From NCBI GenBank assembly GCA_003344405.1, contig NOWV01000024.1, positions 310,001 through 374,000 of the forward strand: a DNA stretch of 64,000 nt, in the 5' to 3' direction. The notes beneath the pieces were generated by a model. The model made no database searches. It was not told the origin of the DNA and saw only the letters and a program-made list of their open reading frames with translations. Position 1 is the stretch's first letter; every line of letters starts with the position of its first letter. Shown here piece after piece: positions 1-13,800 of the stretch. The position numbers and the translations under genes were made by a program. Source of the stretch: Trichoplax sp. H2 (Eukaryota).

Positions 1-299
1 AGCGTGCTACTGCATGAAATAATTAGGGCAGTTTTCATCTTTCATCAAGCTAAGATGAAAAGAAATAACTATAGTCCAATTTGAGCCATTAGATCAATAA
101 CAGACAGCTGGGCAATTATTATATTTAGAAAGACAAAGCTATCAGGCAATGTAAATTAGCGTTCTATGAATGTGATGATTGGTAAGCAAACCTAGACCAA
201 TAATAAATATACTCGTTACTATCTTGCCCGGTATTTATTTCCTAGAAAAACAAAAGATGTCAAAATATACATATAAACTATAAGTCCAATGCGAAGAAA

Positions 300-1500
300 A
301 TGATTGATTAATTAACTTATTTTAATATTTGCAGCTTCTTCGAAATTACTAACTAGTTTACTCACTGCGGTAACCAAGCATAAATATTATATCTTTAATA
401 ATAATATTTTCAGGGAATGTTAAAGTGCCAATGCTAGAAATTCTTTAATGACTTTTACTCGTCACGGTAACCAAATATCATATCCTTAATAATCATATCA
501 TAATAGTTACAGTCTCAGGGTATGTTAAAGAGCTAATACTAGAATTGATTTTTTACTCTTCATCATAACTAAATAAAAATATCATATTCTTAATACTTAC
601 ATTTTCAGAATATTTTAAAGAGCAAATGCTACAATTGATTTTTACTCATCACGGCTACTAAATATAAAATATCTTATCATTAATAGTTAAATTCTCAGGA
701 AATATTAAAGTGCTAATACGTAATCGACTTTCTACTCATTGCAGCAACTTAATATCAATATCATATTTTTAACAGTTACGTTCTCAGGGTGTGTTAAAGT
801 GCTAAAAGTAGCATATTTTTAACAGTCACAATCTCAGAATATGTTAAAGTCCTAATACCGTAATAGACTTATTTTACTCATTGCGGCAAGTAAGCATAAC
901 TATCACATCCTTAATAGTCGCATTCTCATGGTATGTTGAAGTGCTTATACTTTCATTGACTTTTTTAATATTTACTGTTTCTTCAAAATAATTAACAAGT
1001 TTATTCATTGCGCTAACTAAACACAAATATTAAAAAATATATCCTTAGGGTATATTGAAGGACTTTTACTTTAATTCCCTTTTATAATGTTTACAGTTAA
1101 TAATATGTTAACTAGTTTATTCATCGTGCTAACTTAATATAAATATATCGTTAATACCGGTAGTTATAATATTCCTACAGTATATATATAAGTACTAGTA
1201 TTCACAACACTTTTATTGAAACTGGCGGACACTTCTCACATTCTTTACTGCCTAAAATTAAATATATGTAACAACGTTAACTTTATTTTCCATATGAAAA
1301 CATGGTTGATTAATTTATTTTAGTAATATTTATAGTTTTCCAAATTGTTGATTATTCCATCCTTTGTGTTAACTAAATATAAATAGGAATAATAATTATA
1401 TTTTCAGGGTACTTCTAAGTGCTTGTATGTATAACACTTAAATCGATGTATTCTGGTAGTTCTTGCCGTGCTAACTTAAACCATCTTTAATAATTCTCAT
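300..1500. repeat. Degenerate tandem repeat, ~90-bp unit, ~10 copies
   Basis: Recurring core 'ttactca..gcggtaac..aa...tatcatat..ttaata..tac.ttctcaggg.atgttaaagtgctaata' near 360, 456, 555, 644, 734, 876, 1003 and 1120, more diverged near 1360 and 1460. Boundaries approximate. Confidence 0.8.
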
Positions 1501-4500
1501 AAGATTGCTCGATTCCATCATAAGAGTCATTAGGACTATATTCTATAAGAAACCAGTAGCTAAGTGCTACTATAATTGTGGCCACTCGGTTTATTTCCGT
1601 CAAAGCAATGGGTAATTATGAGCTACTATCAGCTCTTTGTCTTCTAATTTAGAAGCTTGCAAACATGTTGAGCTGCTAATCTTGGCACGTGAATTTTCAT
1701 TCCGCAATAAATTCAAAGATTAAATATTATTATTACATGTTTCTACTTGAAATATAAATAGTTGTATTGATTACAGATTGGCTGAAAATAGCATGATAGG
1801 ATACTGAATTGTTTTGCTAACTAACGATTATACTGTAGTTGCAAAGCCTTAAGCTACGGAAACAGTGAGTGCATTCGCTGCTTGAATTCCGGCACTGGCT
1901 GTATTGACGTCATAACAAGTGGAGCTCTACTTGCCTATTAGAGCCACACGTATAATGCTGAAAAGGAAGGGTGCGATTTAGAATCACTTATATTGGTGCT
2001 TTAGAATGTTTTTGATACTACAATCATGGCCGGGGGCATCCATTAAATAAAAGAATCGTTAATGCATGGCTAAAAATCTTATCGCATTTTGGTAGCAAAT
2101 TTGACCCTCAGCTAGTGCAAACAGAGCATCAAAAACTAGTCGAAATATTCATTATTAATCAGTTATAATTACGATGTGCAATAAACTCTAGACTAATATT
2201 AAATTCATTTGGTAAATATTTTTAATCCATTTTTGTCGCATAGATATGCACTCCTGATCTAACATCAATTTTTTAAATTCAGTAAAATATTTTTTTACCA
2301 TAAGATGGTTATGTAGTTGATTTATTGTACCACTGATACACTAGCAGAGCAAAAAATGGTGCAGACTACATACAGAATTTAGTGCAATAAGACGTAGGTA
2401 CCGTTTAATTCAAGTATTTAAAACTACGCAGCGAATCCTAAAGTCGCAATTGAGAATATAGATGAGCATTTCTTGAACGTTTGTAGATCATGTTTGTGTA
2501 GTAATTTGGTAGCAAGTTTATGACTTAGGAATAGTGCGACTAATGCAAGTTGATCACCAAATCTAATTTCTCTCTACCACTAAATCATCGAAGAATATTC
2601 CTCAAAAAGGTAGATTAAACTGTTTGAGCATAAGCTCTTGATAACAGTAAACAGTAAGCTCAACTGAAGTTTGCAGTTGAGCAACTGGGTACCATCTGAC
2701 ATTGAAAATTCGACTACAGAAGCGTAGAAATAGAGCAAATTTCATGCAATATTTTTAAACGGAAATAAAGTTTTAAAAGAGGATATCCGCCGTTTCTTGA
2801 CAAGCGTTTGCAATCAATTTTACCTACAGGGCATAAATCGTCCGTCTTAGGAATCGGAAGTTCAACCCTATTTAATCACCATCACTAAACTATTAATTCT
2901 TCAATAAATTACTTAAGTGCTATGCTGATATCCGTTTTAACCGAATTCACATATCTATACTCTAGCGATCTGGTATATAACGATTGCTCACTCATATTTT
3001 ACTCAAATTCTTCATGTATCCATTTCAATTCTATAAACTCTATTTAACTACGTATGTAAAAATTTCGTCAGTAATCAGAATTTCTCTATGTTTGCATACA
3101 TGCATAACAGCATAGATATAGATGAACTTCATATTAGTCCAAATTAAACAAAAATAAGTAAGTGTTTGACAAGTTAATGAGATACCAAAATTTCGAAATC
3201 ATTCCTATCAAAGATCTGCTAAAAGCCGCCTAATGAACATGTATCTATATCGAAAGGAGCAAATTTTTAAAATTTTAGTTAGCAGTAATGACTCAATAAT
3301 TATATTATTGGCTAGTATATTGTATGAATATAGATACAAATACTATCAAATTTTTTTATGACATATTTTTACAAAGGTATGTTGTTCGTCCATCAGACCT
3401 TGATTTAGCTAGCTATCAAATTTTAATAGGCATTATTGTAAGAGTTCTTGGCTTGCATGAGATTGAATAAATGTAATGCCCGTTAGATTAAAGAGTATAG
3501 TTTATAGTTATTATTTTATATAGACTTGATAATTTTACGATAGTTATTGTTAAAATTTAAATAAGAACTCTCATGGATGTTTAGTATTTATTACCATATC
3601 ACCTTATCAATTATAAGTAGAGCTAGACCTAGTATTATTCTTTACAGAGAATTTGATCTTCAAAATTTGATTATTTATTGCTTGATATCTTCTACGACGC
3701 AAACCAATATGCTTTTATAGTAGCTGTAAATTAATTGTAAAGGAATAAAAGATTTCTAATTTAAAACAAATTATCCGCATTGTTTATAAACGATTGAAAT
3801 TAGTATTACAAAATATTTCGCCTTGCATATTCGTGAAGAATGAAAAGGTCTATTTAGTTAGCTACTTATAGATTACTATAATAAAAACTAATGGAAAAAT
3901 ATTTGAAATAGCATACATAGTCACGTTTGTGAATAATACATTGAATGAAAATGCTGGAATGCTAACTCGAGTAATGTGTTCAAAAATTCCTTATTTATTT
4001 ATGCAGAAATTCTCATCTATTAATACAATTGCGATTATTCCAGAATTGAAGCAATTTATGGCACTAATTTTATAGTGAGCTTAGAAATAATTTTTAAATT
4101 GATATCGGCCTGGTGATCCGAAGCTAACAGACTTCTAACAAATATTTGATACTGCTAAAATACTCGTACGGCTTGATCCAGTGTGAATTATAGAACATTA
4201 AAGATATATGGGCGCTATTATTCTTAAATACAGAAAATAGATTTTAAGAATTGGGATGCGGTAAAATTTCAAAAGATAAATCAATGTATCTCGGCTTTAT
4301 TATTACAACTGGTTTTAATTTAATATTAGATATGGTTATGGCTAATTGAGTGCGTAAATATAATAAAATTTGCAGTTAGCAAGAAGGGCTACATTTGAGT
4401 TTATAAAAGTTTTTCTCGTCTCATAATACGATGGTAATATGCACATAAAAACGATAGTGTCTTCCTGGAGTACTAGAGTTTTACTTATATCATTGAAATA

Positions 4501-5940
4501 TTCTGATCTGCATATTTCATTATTTTTATATCATGAGATGATGGGAAATGCAATATCAAAGAACTTACTGATCTAGTTTAAACTTCGAGCCCATACAATT
4601 CGATAAAGGTAGCTTACAAGTAGACTAGAGAAAAGGATCACCATGTAAAATTAGGATTGAATTGAATAAACTAAAAAGCTTTGAATTATACTCAAGCTTT
4701 CATTCATATGATAATTGCCAAAATTAATTTTGCATTGAGTGAGATAACAATCTAAATACAGGATCAATGTATGCTAAAAGCAGCGTACAATTTATCATAC
4801 ATGCTATAATTAATGATGAATTTATCCAATCCTGAGGTAATAGTGGAAAATTTAGATCCAATTAGAATGAAAAGAGGCATAGAATCCGATTCAAATTGAA
4901 AAATTCATTCTATGTAATGGAAGATGTAATTTTAATACTTATTCAAATTCAAGTCATATATATCATTTAATTGATGTTCAGAAACGGCATCTATCTCAAA
5001 AATGAGGCTGTCTACGATGTTGTTGGGTAATCAGTAAAATCAATTTCATTTTAGCCGACCATTTGAGCAAAAATGTTTAAAATAATTAATCCTCTTTCAC
5101 GTTATAGGAATAAGATTCTGATTATCATTTTTGCGATAAGGACTAGCACTGACTGCAAACAATTCGCACAAATCTATAACCGCGGTACCATTTTTACAGC
5201 ATTTTTGTTAATATTTATGAATTACATTGCAGCGCATTGAATGTATAGGGTTAAGAGCATAAGGAAACAAAATTCTCATCTACTTTTTCTTAGCAAAATT
5301 GTAGAAAAAGTTTTAAGAAGCTACTTAAAGTAATAGTAAGGACTATTTAACTAGCTTCGATTCTATTTGATTGTATTGAATACTAGTATATAGCGACATT
5401 ATTTAGCAGTTTCATCATAAAAGTCTCTAACTAAGGACCCGGTTCAATCAGAGCGTAAACGTATTTTTTAAAATAGATTTCATTACATTATATATCTAAA
5501 AAGCTTGTTTAGTGGCTTTTCCTCATCGGATCGAAAGAGTTTATGATACTACTGTCGCATATTGTAATATACAGTAGCGAATTTCCTTTTGTGTAATCTG
5601 TAATAATATCAACTATTTGATCGCAGATAGCTAATTATAGTCTGTTATGAATATGTATTACCGAAGTTATGGCGACAGACACACTGTAGATTTACTTATT
5701 AGTCTTACTTCATCCTCCTGAATAACCCTCGCATAGTAACAGCTACCAACAGCTTTGCTCTTGCAATTTAGTATATTATTTAAGTAGTCATATTTTCGTT
5801 AATTGAGCTAAAGCTACTAGACAAAGAAAATTTTCTTGGACTTTTTATCCAAAATGAAATAGAATCGAATTAGAAACAATGAGTCTAAAGCTACGTCTTT
5901 TATAGCAAAATTATTGTTTATACAGTAATCTATCTATTCG

Positions 5941-7420
5941 TCTATGAAATAGTGATAGTTGTAAATATCCAATCTATATCATGTAGACATGGATACTCAT
6001 TAGAAATATATCTATATATATATATGTATATATAAAGATCGTGAATTATTTGATAATATTGTTTTCAGACGGCGATCAGACGAAATGAGTAGATGTCAAC
6101 TTATCCGTAAATCTATGAAATAGTGATAGCGCTAAGTTTCCGGTCTATAGCAAGTGGATAAGGATACTTATCAGAAATATATACTTATATGAGTATAAAG
6201 ATCGTAAATTATATGATAATATTGTTTCCAAACGACGATAAGACAAGATGAATAGATGACATTGTATCTACGAGTCTATGAAATAGCGATAGTACTAAGC
6301 ATCCAGTCTGTATCATGCAGATGAGGCTATTTATCAGGAATATACATTTATACGAGTATAAAGATTACAAATTAGATGATGATACTATTACTAGATGATG
6401 ACTAGACAAGATGGATAGATGTCAACCTATCCGCGCATCTATGAAATAGCGATAGCACTATCCGGTCAATATCATATTGACGTGGATACTCTTTAGAAAT
6501 AGATCTTATATGAGCATATTCAGAAATCGCAAATTACAAGACAATATTTGTTTCTAGAAATAATTAGACATGATGAATTGATGTCAAAATATCCGTGCAT
6601 CTATGAAATAGTGATAACGCTTACTATCCGGTCAATATCATGTAGATGTGGATACTCATTAAAAATTGATGTTTATACGAGTATATTCAAATATCGTAAA
6701 TTACAAGACAACATTTGCTTTTAGATGATGATTAGACAAGATAAATAAGTATCAGCCTATCCGTGCATCTATGAAATAGTAATTGTGCTAAGTATTCGGT
6801 CTCTATCATGTGGACGTGGATACTAATCAGAAATGTATTTCTTATAGATACAAAGATTGCAAATTATATCATAATATTGTTCATAGACGATGATTAGACA
6901 AAATGAATAAATGTTGACATATCCGCGCATCTGTGTAATAATGATAGTTGTAAGTATCTAGTCTATACCATGTAGACGAGATTACCTTCCGAAATATATA
7001 TTTACATAAGCAAAGGTCGCAAATTATATGATAACACTATTCTTCGGCGATGTTTAGACAAGATGAATAAATGTCAATCTATCCACGCATCTATGAAATA
7101 GCGATAGTTTTAAATTTCGGGTCTATATTATACAGACGAGGGTGCTCATCAGAAATAGTTGGTTATGTGAATATACTCGCATGCAAAGATTGCAAATTAT
7201 AAAATGGCATTTTATTCCTAGAGGAGGATGAGACATGAGGAATAGATGTCAACTTATCCGAACATTTATGAAATAGTAATCGTTGTAGATATCCGGTCTA
7301 CGTCATATAGAAGAAAGTACTCATCAGAGTTAAATGTTTATGCGAGTATATTCATAGATTGCAACTTATATGTTAACACTGTTCCTAAACGACGATTAGA
7401 CAAAATGAATAGATGTCAAA
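5941..7420. repeat. Degenerate tandem repeat, ~165-bp unit, ~9 copies
   Basis: 'tctatgaaatag(t/c)gatag' (or a variant) recurs at ~5941, 6112, 6275, 6438, 6600, 6768, 6930, 7090 and 7264. Each is followed by 'tatcatgtaga..ggatactcat', 'aagatcg.aaatta' and 'ttagacaagatgaatagatgtcaa' motifs. Confidence 0.9.
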
Positions 7421-7822
7421 ATAAGGCTAGTATTGTTCTAATATCTATTCATAACGGTTTTTTATTATGTAGTCCTTCTTGGTGATACTTTATTTCATTC
7501 TATAATTCATGGTAACGAAGTAACGAATAATAGAAAGTAATTTTAATGTAGCACCAGGGGGTTTTAAGAAAAGTAAACATTTGTTGTTGATTGAATGGTA
7601 ACTAGACAAGGCAAATAATATATGGAATGAAAGTTGACCTCTAAATCGGAATCAATACTACATGATCAAGTTTATTTGTTTCAATCAGGTTGAAAGAACC
7701 CTTAAAATGTGAGAGTAGAAAGCAAACTGTTACTCTTACTTTATCACTTGTTAAACTAGATTGAAGCGACGAATGCCAAGTTATTGTCCAGGAATGACGC
7801 TGGCTTTGATTTAAATTATCAA

Positions 7823-10800
7823 ATGGATATTGTAAGGATTAATACACGTCTATCATTGACGGGCAAGTTAGCGAAATAAATAAGTTTGTAACCGCTGAAC
7901 CTAAACAAATATTGGGGAAGGAACGCTTCAAGTTAGTTTATCTGGCAGCCTTAGATTTCAATATTGCCATTCCATAAAGTTAAAGGATGGACAACCCGTG
8001 CCATTCCAGTTCTACAGAAAGTAGAAATAATGTTAAAAGTGTCATTTCTTCAAAACTGCAGTTGGCAAAATTACGACAACAATTATGGCGACGCCATCAA
8101 ATTCGAGCATTATCGATGTCTAATGTAAGTAGGAATAGAACTCTAGCAGAATTCCTGTAATTCTCTACCTTAGAAATCTAAATGTGGAAAAGTAGTTTTT
8201 AGGTTCAATCTTTGCATTAGTGTTATAAATAGCCGTCTTGACATTCATCTTTTCATTTACCTTTGTCATATGGACTTAATAGTGGCTGGTAACTTTTTTA
8301 AAATGGGCAATTTACAGTAACATAATTTATCCTTTACTTTGCGAATTTATTATTTTATTTCCATTCTCTGACTATTTATACCAAGCTATTTGATACCTTT
8401 TTGGCTTAATCATTTTAACTGAAGCTAATTTGAATCTTTTCGCGTAAGAAATCCTAATCATTTGAGTTTACTATCATGAAATGCACTATAGCTTTTAATG
8501 TCAATCCGGCTTTTGCTCATGCCTGCATTTCTATCAATTATTTCTTTCGGCTATTGATCGAACAATTTCCTTCGATTAGCGTTAAATCAATTAACCAGTT
8601 TTATCTAAATTAGAGGGATTTAATTTGAACTTTTCCAATCCAAAATTGATCATTACCCGTCATTTGTTAACAACTCCAATAACAAAGAAGGCTATAGTTC
8701 AATACCTTTGGTGATTGATTTTAGACTCTAATCAAGTAAAAATCAAACAATTGAAAATAATTTAATGATTAGTTGTTAAGTCTAGTTCGATTTTAAACAC
8801 GTTTAGCAAGAGTAATCAATCAAATTCGATGACAACAACGAATATGATTGATGTTTATTACGATCGCTCAAGTTGACCTGTTACTACGTGTTTTAAAAGC
8901 TGCTCTCGTAGCCATATAAGTAGGATTCAGATTTTAATATATCGTCATCTACCGACAACGGATTCGATCCTATCACTTATTTAAGCCATTCCAATATTTT
9001 TCATGGAGCCAAAAGGATAACTTGAAATTTTTTTGATTAAAGTTTTGACATATTACCGTCTATCGACAATAGATTCGATCCGATCTCCTATTTAAGCCGT
9101 TCTAATATTTGTTGCATGATGCTAAAAGGAAAGCTTAAAATTCTTTTGATCAAAGATAGGAAATATTGCAACTTATCGACAATTGATTCAACTCCATCTC
9201 TTCTTTAACCCGTTTTGATATCCATTTTATCGCGCAAAAGGGGTAAATTCTTAGGTCAAAATTCTGCCTATCTATCAACAATCGATTAGATCCATTTTCC
9301 TTTTAAGGCGATCCAGATATCCGTTTTTTTCTAAAAGGTCAAGGTTCAATTTGTTAGATCAAAGTTATGATATATTGGAATCCACCGACTATTTATTCGA
9401 TCCTGTCTCCTATTTAACAGAAGGAGGTATCTGTTTTACCTTGAAAGAAAACATGCGATACAATTTCTTAAATCAAATTTTTGGCATATTGTAATCCATC
9501 AACGATCGATTTGACCCTATCTACCATTTGAGAAATTCCGATACTCAGAAAAATCAGTTGATTATTTCCTATATAAGACATACCAATATTTATTTTATCT
9601 TAAAAAGACAATATAAAATTTCTTACATCAAAGTTTTAACAAATTGCAATCCATCAACGACTGATTTGACCCTATTTCCTGTTTGAGAAATTCTAATACT
9701 TAGAAAATAAGCCGATTTTAAGGCTCAACTATCGAAGTTAATATACTGTAGATCAGAGATCGACGCTGCTATGCAGTTTCGTTATTCCTTATTGGCCTAC
9801 TTATAATTGAGTCAGCGATTAGGCCGCTAGATGCTCAATTCAATCGATCGTAAGTTAATATAGGTCAGAGATGTAGGCTGCGATGCTATCTCACTATTCC
9901 ATACTAGCCAAGATTGAAAATCAGCGATTGGGCCGCTATCAACAAGGATCGTTTTGCCTTTATATTTTACGTAGACTAAACGATTTTGCTCTATCACTTC
10001 TTAAATACCATTGAAATTATTAAGTGAAATAATTGCCATTAAATCAAGATTTTATTACATACCGGTGCCAACTGTATTAATTTCAAGTCCTTAAACTTTA
10101 TTAGGTCGTGGCAAGGATTACCGTACAGTTATATTCTTTTTATTAGCCGTCTTTCTTTTCATATGCAGTCATGCCTAGCTTTATGAATGAAATTCTCTAT
10201 TAAAGAAAATTTATTACCGTGAATAACGTTATTAAAAATCTACATTTACGTCGTTAGTATGGAGTTGTGTAGTCATGGTATAACTAATTGTACCTATATA
10301 TCCATAAATGCGCATACGCATCTGTTTATACCTAATATCTAGTGCTGCCGTCCAATTAAGGTGTATCGCGATAGATTAACGTGTTATTATGTAGATTTAT
10401 ATGTATTAAAATTAGTTTATCAAAGAGGTTTACTCTTTCTACAGCTATGAGTTGGATACAATGAGCTGTGGACATTAATACTTAACTAGTTCAATAAATT
10501 TGTGCTCATATATATAATTTATATGGAAATCGCGTATAATCTTAAGGCGATGATGAATCATATCCGTTAGTTTTACTTATAACTGAATGGAATTTGTATT
10601 AACAGCAGTTTGAATAATGAAGAAGATAAACGGAATTCCTTACTATTTTACGGGTATAATTTATGAGATGTTATTTCATCTACAGTTCTTAACACATACG
10701 AATACTTGCATTGATAAGTAAAATCCCTAGCTATTTAATAGCATAATTATTAGTGTACTGTATGCTGGCATAATTGTAAACTTCTTTTCATCTATACGCG

Positions 10801-13800
10801 TATTCCATAACCTCTCTATATATCCTATCCTATTAATAGTTTCATCAATACATCTTGGAATGCGAATCTTATTCTCTCTAGCCAAAAGCCTTACATTGAC
10901 TAGGCTTGAAAGAACTAGTTTGAGTCAATGATATTTTATACAAGCTAATTTGGTGTGTGTTAATCGATAGTAGCACTACCACGATATGTTAGGAGAAGGC
11001 ATTCAATTTTCGCTACTCTGTATTGAAATTAAATTAGCTTAGTGGCTAGACTTCAAACCTCATGACGTTGTTAAAAGATCTCAATAATTATTTAATTATA
11101 ATAAAATAGTATCAAATTCTTGACTGACTTTCGATATGTTTAAGGAATAAATGATAGTAAAAAATTTGTAGATTAATCAGTCATAATTTTCATTTACGGT
11201 ATGTTATAATATGGCTTTTTAATCAAATATTAATGCTATTTATGAATATTTTACATTTCATATTTTAGGTACGAGCCACATTGCCAATAGACCATTTCAA
11301 AAGAATTATACATAAGGTTTGATTCAATTAATCTATAATGAGTAGGCAGTCTCGTAATGAAAATCATAGCAGTATTAGAAAATATGACATTAACGTCTAA
11401 CTAATTGGATCAGATATACATTTATGAACTGTTTATATTGATAATTAATTTATCTTATGCATGGATTGAACAGAACAACTATGATTACAGTAAGATTTTT
11501 CTACCAACTCCGTTATTATTCACTTATGACATAACTATATACGTCATTTATGGTAAAGAAGGCTAATTTGCTATGAATCAGTCTATATAAAGGCAAAAAT
11601 TTTGTTGTGCTTATGGATCCTATTCATATCGGCATAATTAATTATTCATCCTTTGGAAATGAATACTTTACTAAATTAGTTTATGAGAATTGGGCCAAAC
11701 GATGAGTAAAGAGATTGTTACGAACGTTAGAAACAGTTGCTATGTTTAGAAATGAATGCTTATTAAAGCCTATTAATGCCCTCGAATTCCAAATTCGGTC
11801 CTAATTAATCTTGTTTCTATGGTAGGACCATAATCTTAAGCTAACATTATTCATGTGATTTTCTCGTTACTTGAATTGCTTCACCTATAAGGTAGCTTAT
11901 GATAGATTCTCTCATTTATAAATTAGCATATGATAGATTTAGATATATCGATATAAATCAGGAATGCTGAATATAGTTGAGCTATTATTCAACTTTAAAC
12001 CAATTTTATTTTGATAATATGTAATTAAAATTCAATACTTATGTCTTTCCATAACATTCAATCTAGATCATCAGCTAGTTAATTTCTCATTCTTGCTCTA
12101 TAGATGGGCGATAACCTTAAGCTAATCTTGTTCTTATAACTAGATGCTTTGGCTATCCCAATTTTTCCATTTATGAGCTAGTATAGGGTTAATTTAGTAA
12201 TATTAAATCAAATCATATTAATGCCGTAGTTTATCTGTCACCTTCGCTAAACAATATCCTTTCATTCTAACCAAGCTAAATAATCACCATTAAGCCTTTT
12301 TACGTACTGTATTATGTCGAAGAAATCAATAAGGCTAAAGAAATTGATGCACTTTTATATAGATTATAGAAAGACTCCCTACTGTCAATAAATAGATTGT
12401 CTGATTTTGTATCAATCATTATTTGAGATATAAAAGAATGAAGTAATTACGTCAAATTTATTATTACTTGAACATTAAGGTCAATTTCAGTCATTGTAAC
12501 ATTAGTTTTTACTTGCCTTCTAGATCAACACAAATCAGCATTACCCAATCTAGTTATAGAAATCTTTGTGAGGCAAATTTCTGTAATTCATAGTTTTTAA
12601 GTCAACTAGACCATGACTTATGTAGGAGTAAAAGAACGCTTTATAGTTCCCTAAATAGAAATTTGAAATATTCACTAAAATTGTTATTAAAGTAGATTAT
12701 TTTAACCATTTCTAGACTTCAATTTTCACATATTAATTTTACTGCTGCAGTGTATTTCCTCTGCGTTTAGATACGAGTGAAAAATAATCTTAACTATTAA
12801 AAATTGAATTATTCATGAATTCCTTTCAGATTAAACTAATCCTTAAAGTAATGCGAGCTATTACTATCAATTGTGATGAGCAATATCTTCAGGATATTGA
12901 AGAACAAGGAATTATTCCAAGTAGTGAGTCGACTGATCAATTGTCCAGTTTTGAAACTTTACCTCGATTTAACATTGGAGATTATAAGGTCCGAAAGATA
13001 TTTACCATCCCTAAGAATATTATTAAGATTACTCGATTATCTGCTGAACAGCGTAGCTCCCATCATGTCTCTATGATTCGAGCTATGCTACGACCTCTAC
13101 CATCCTTTGGCCATTTTACAACAACCATGCAGGATAAGTTATGCAAAATTGTTCGACATGAAAGGTAAGATATAATCAGCAAATTCTATTCTCATTTATA
13201 AGGCACCATAAATTTTAATATTACAATAGTTCTCTAAATCTATAGATGAAGAAACAGAAGCTTCTTAGTCCTATTAATTTCCCTTTAAATTATATTTGCA
13301 TCTCGAATGAATTTTTATTGTCTTAATTATACAGCTCATGCATAACCTTATTCTTACTTAAATTCTCAATTAAAACTGATCTAACTCAAGGTTTCAACGA
13401 GGAAGAATCATTTATAAACTTGGGCATTATAGTGGAAGTTATTACATGGTATTTTCTGGTTCTGTCTGTTTATTAAATCTGGAAGCGGAAAACGCTTTGC
13501 AACGATTTCAAGTATTACGTCGTGGAGAAGGTTTTGGGGTACTTTATACCAATTGATCATAATCCTAAGCTATTCAAGATTCTTAAATAATAATGCTCAT
13601 TTTCACTCCAAACATTACTGTAATGCTAATTCTAAAACTCCATCACAGTGCTTTTCTTTTTTATTTCCGTGTCTATGCTTCATTTAAAAACACTACTGAT
13701 CGATGCAACAAAACCTTAGTATTGGTATAGCTATAAACTTATTTCTTATATTTATAACATTCCATTTTAGGATTCAGCTTTTCTTCGAGGCGGCAGGAGA

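Noticed and set aside
1910..2060. Minus-strand peptide FYLMDAPGHDCSIKNIL resembling the translational GTPase DAPGH motif
   Set aside because: Short, bounded by stops, with no other GTPase motifs nearby; consistent with chance.
7246..7485. 79-aa ORF from the track
   Set aside because: Lies mostly in the last unit of the 165-bp repeat and shows no protein-like features.
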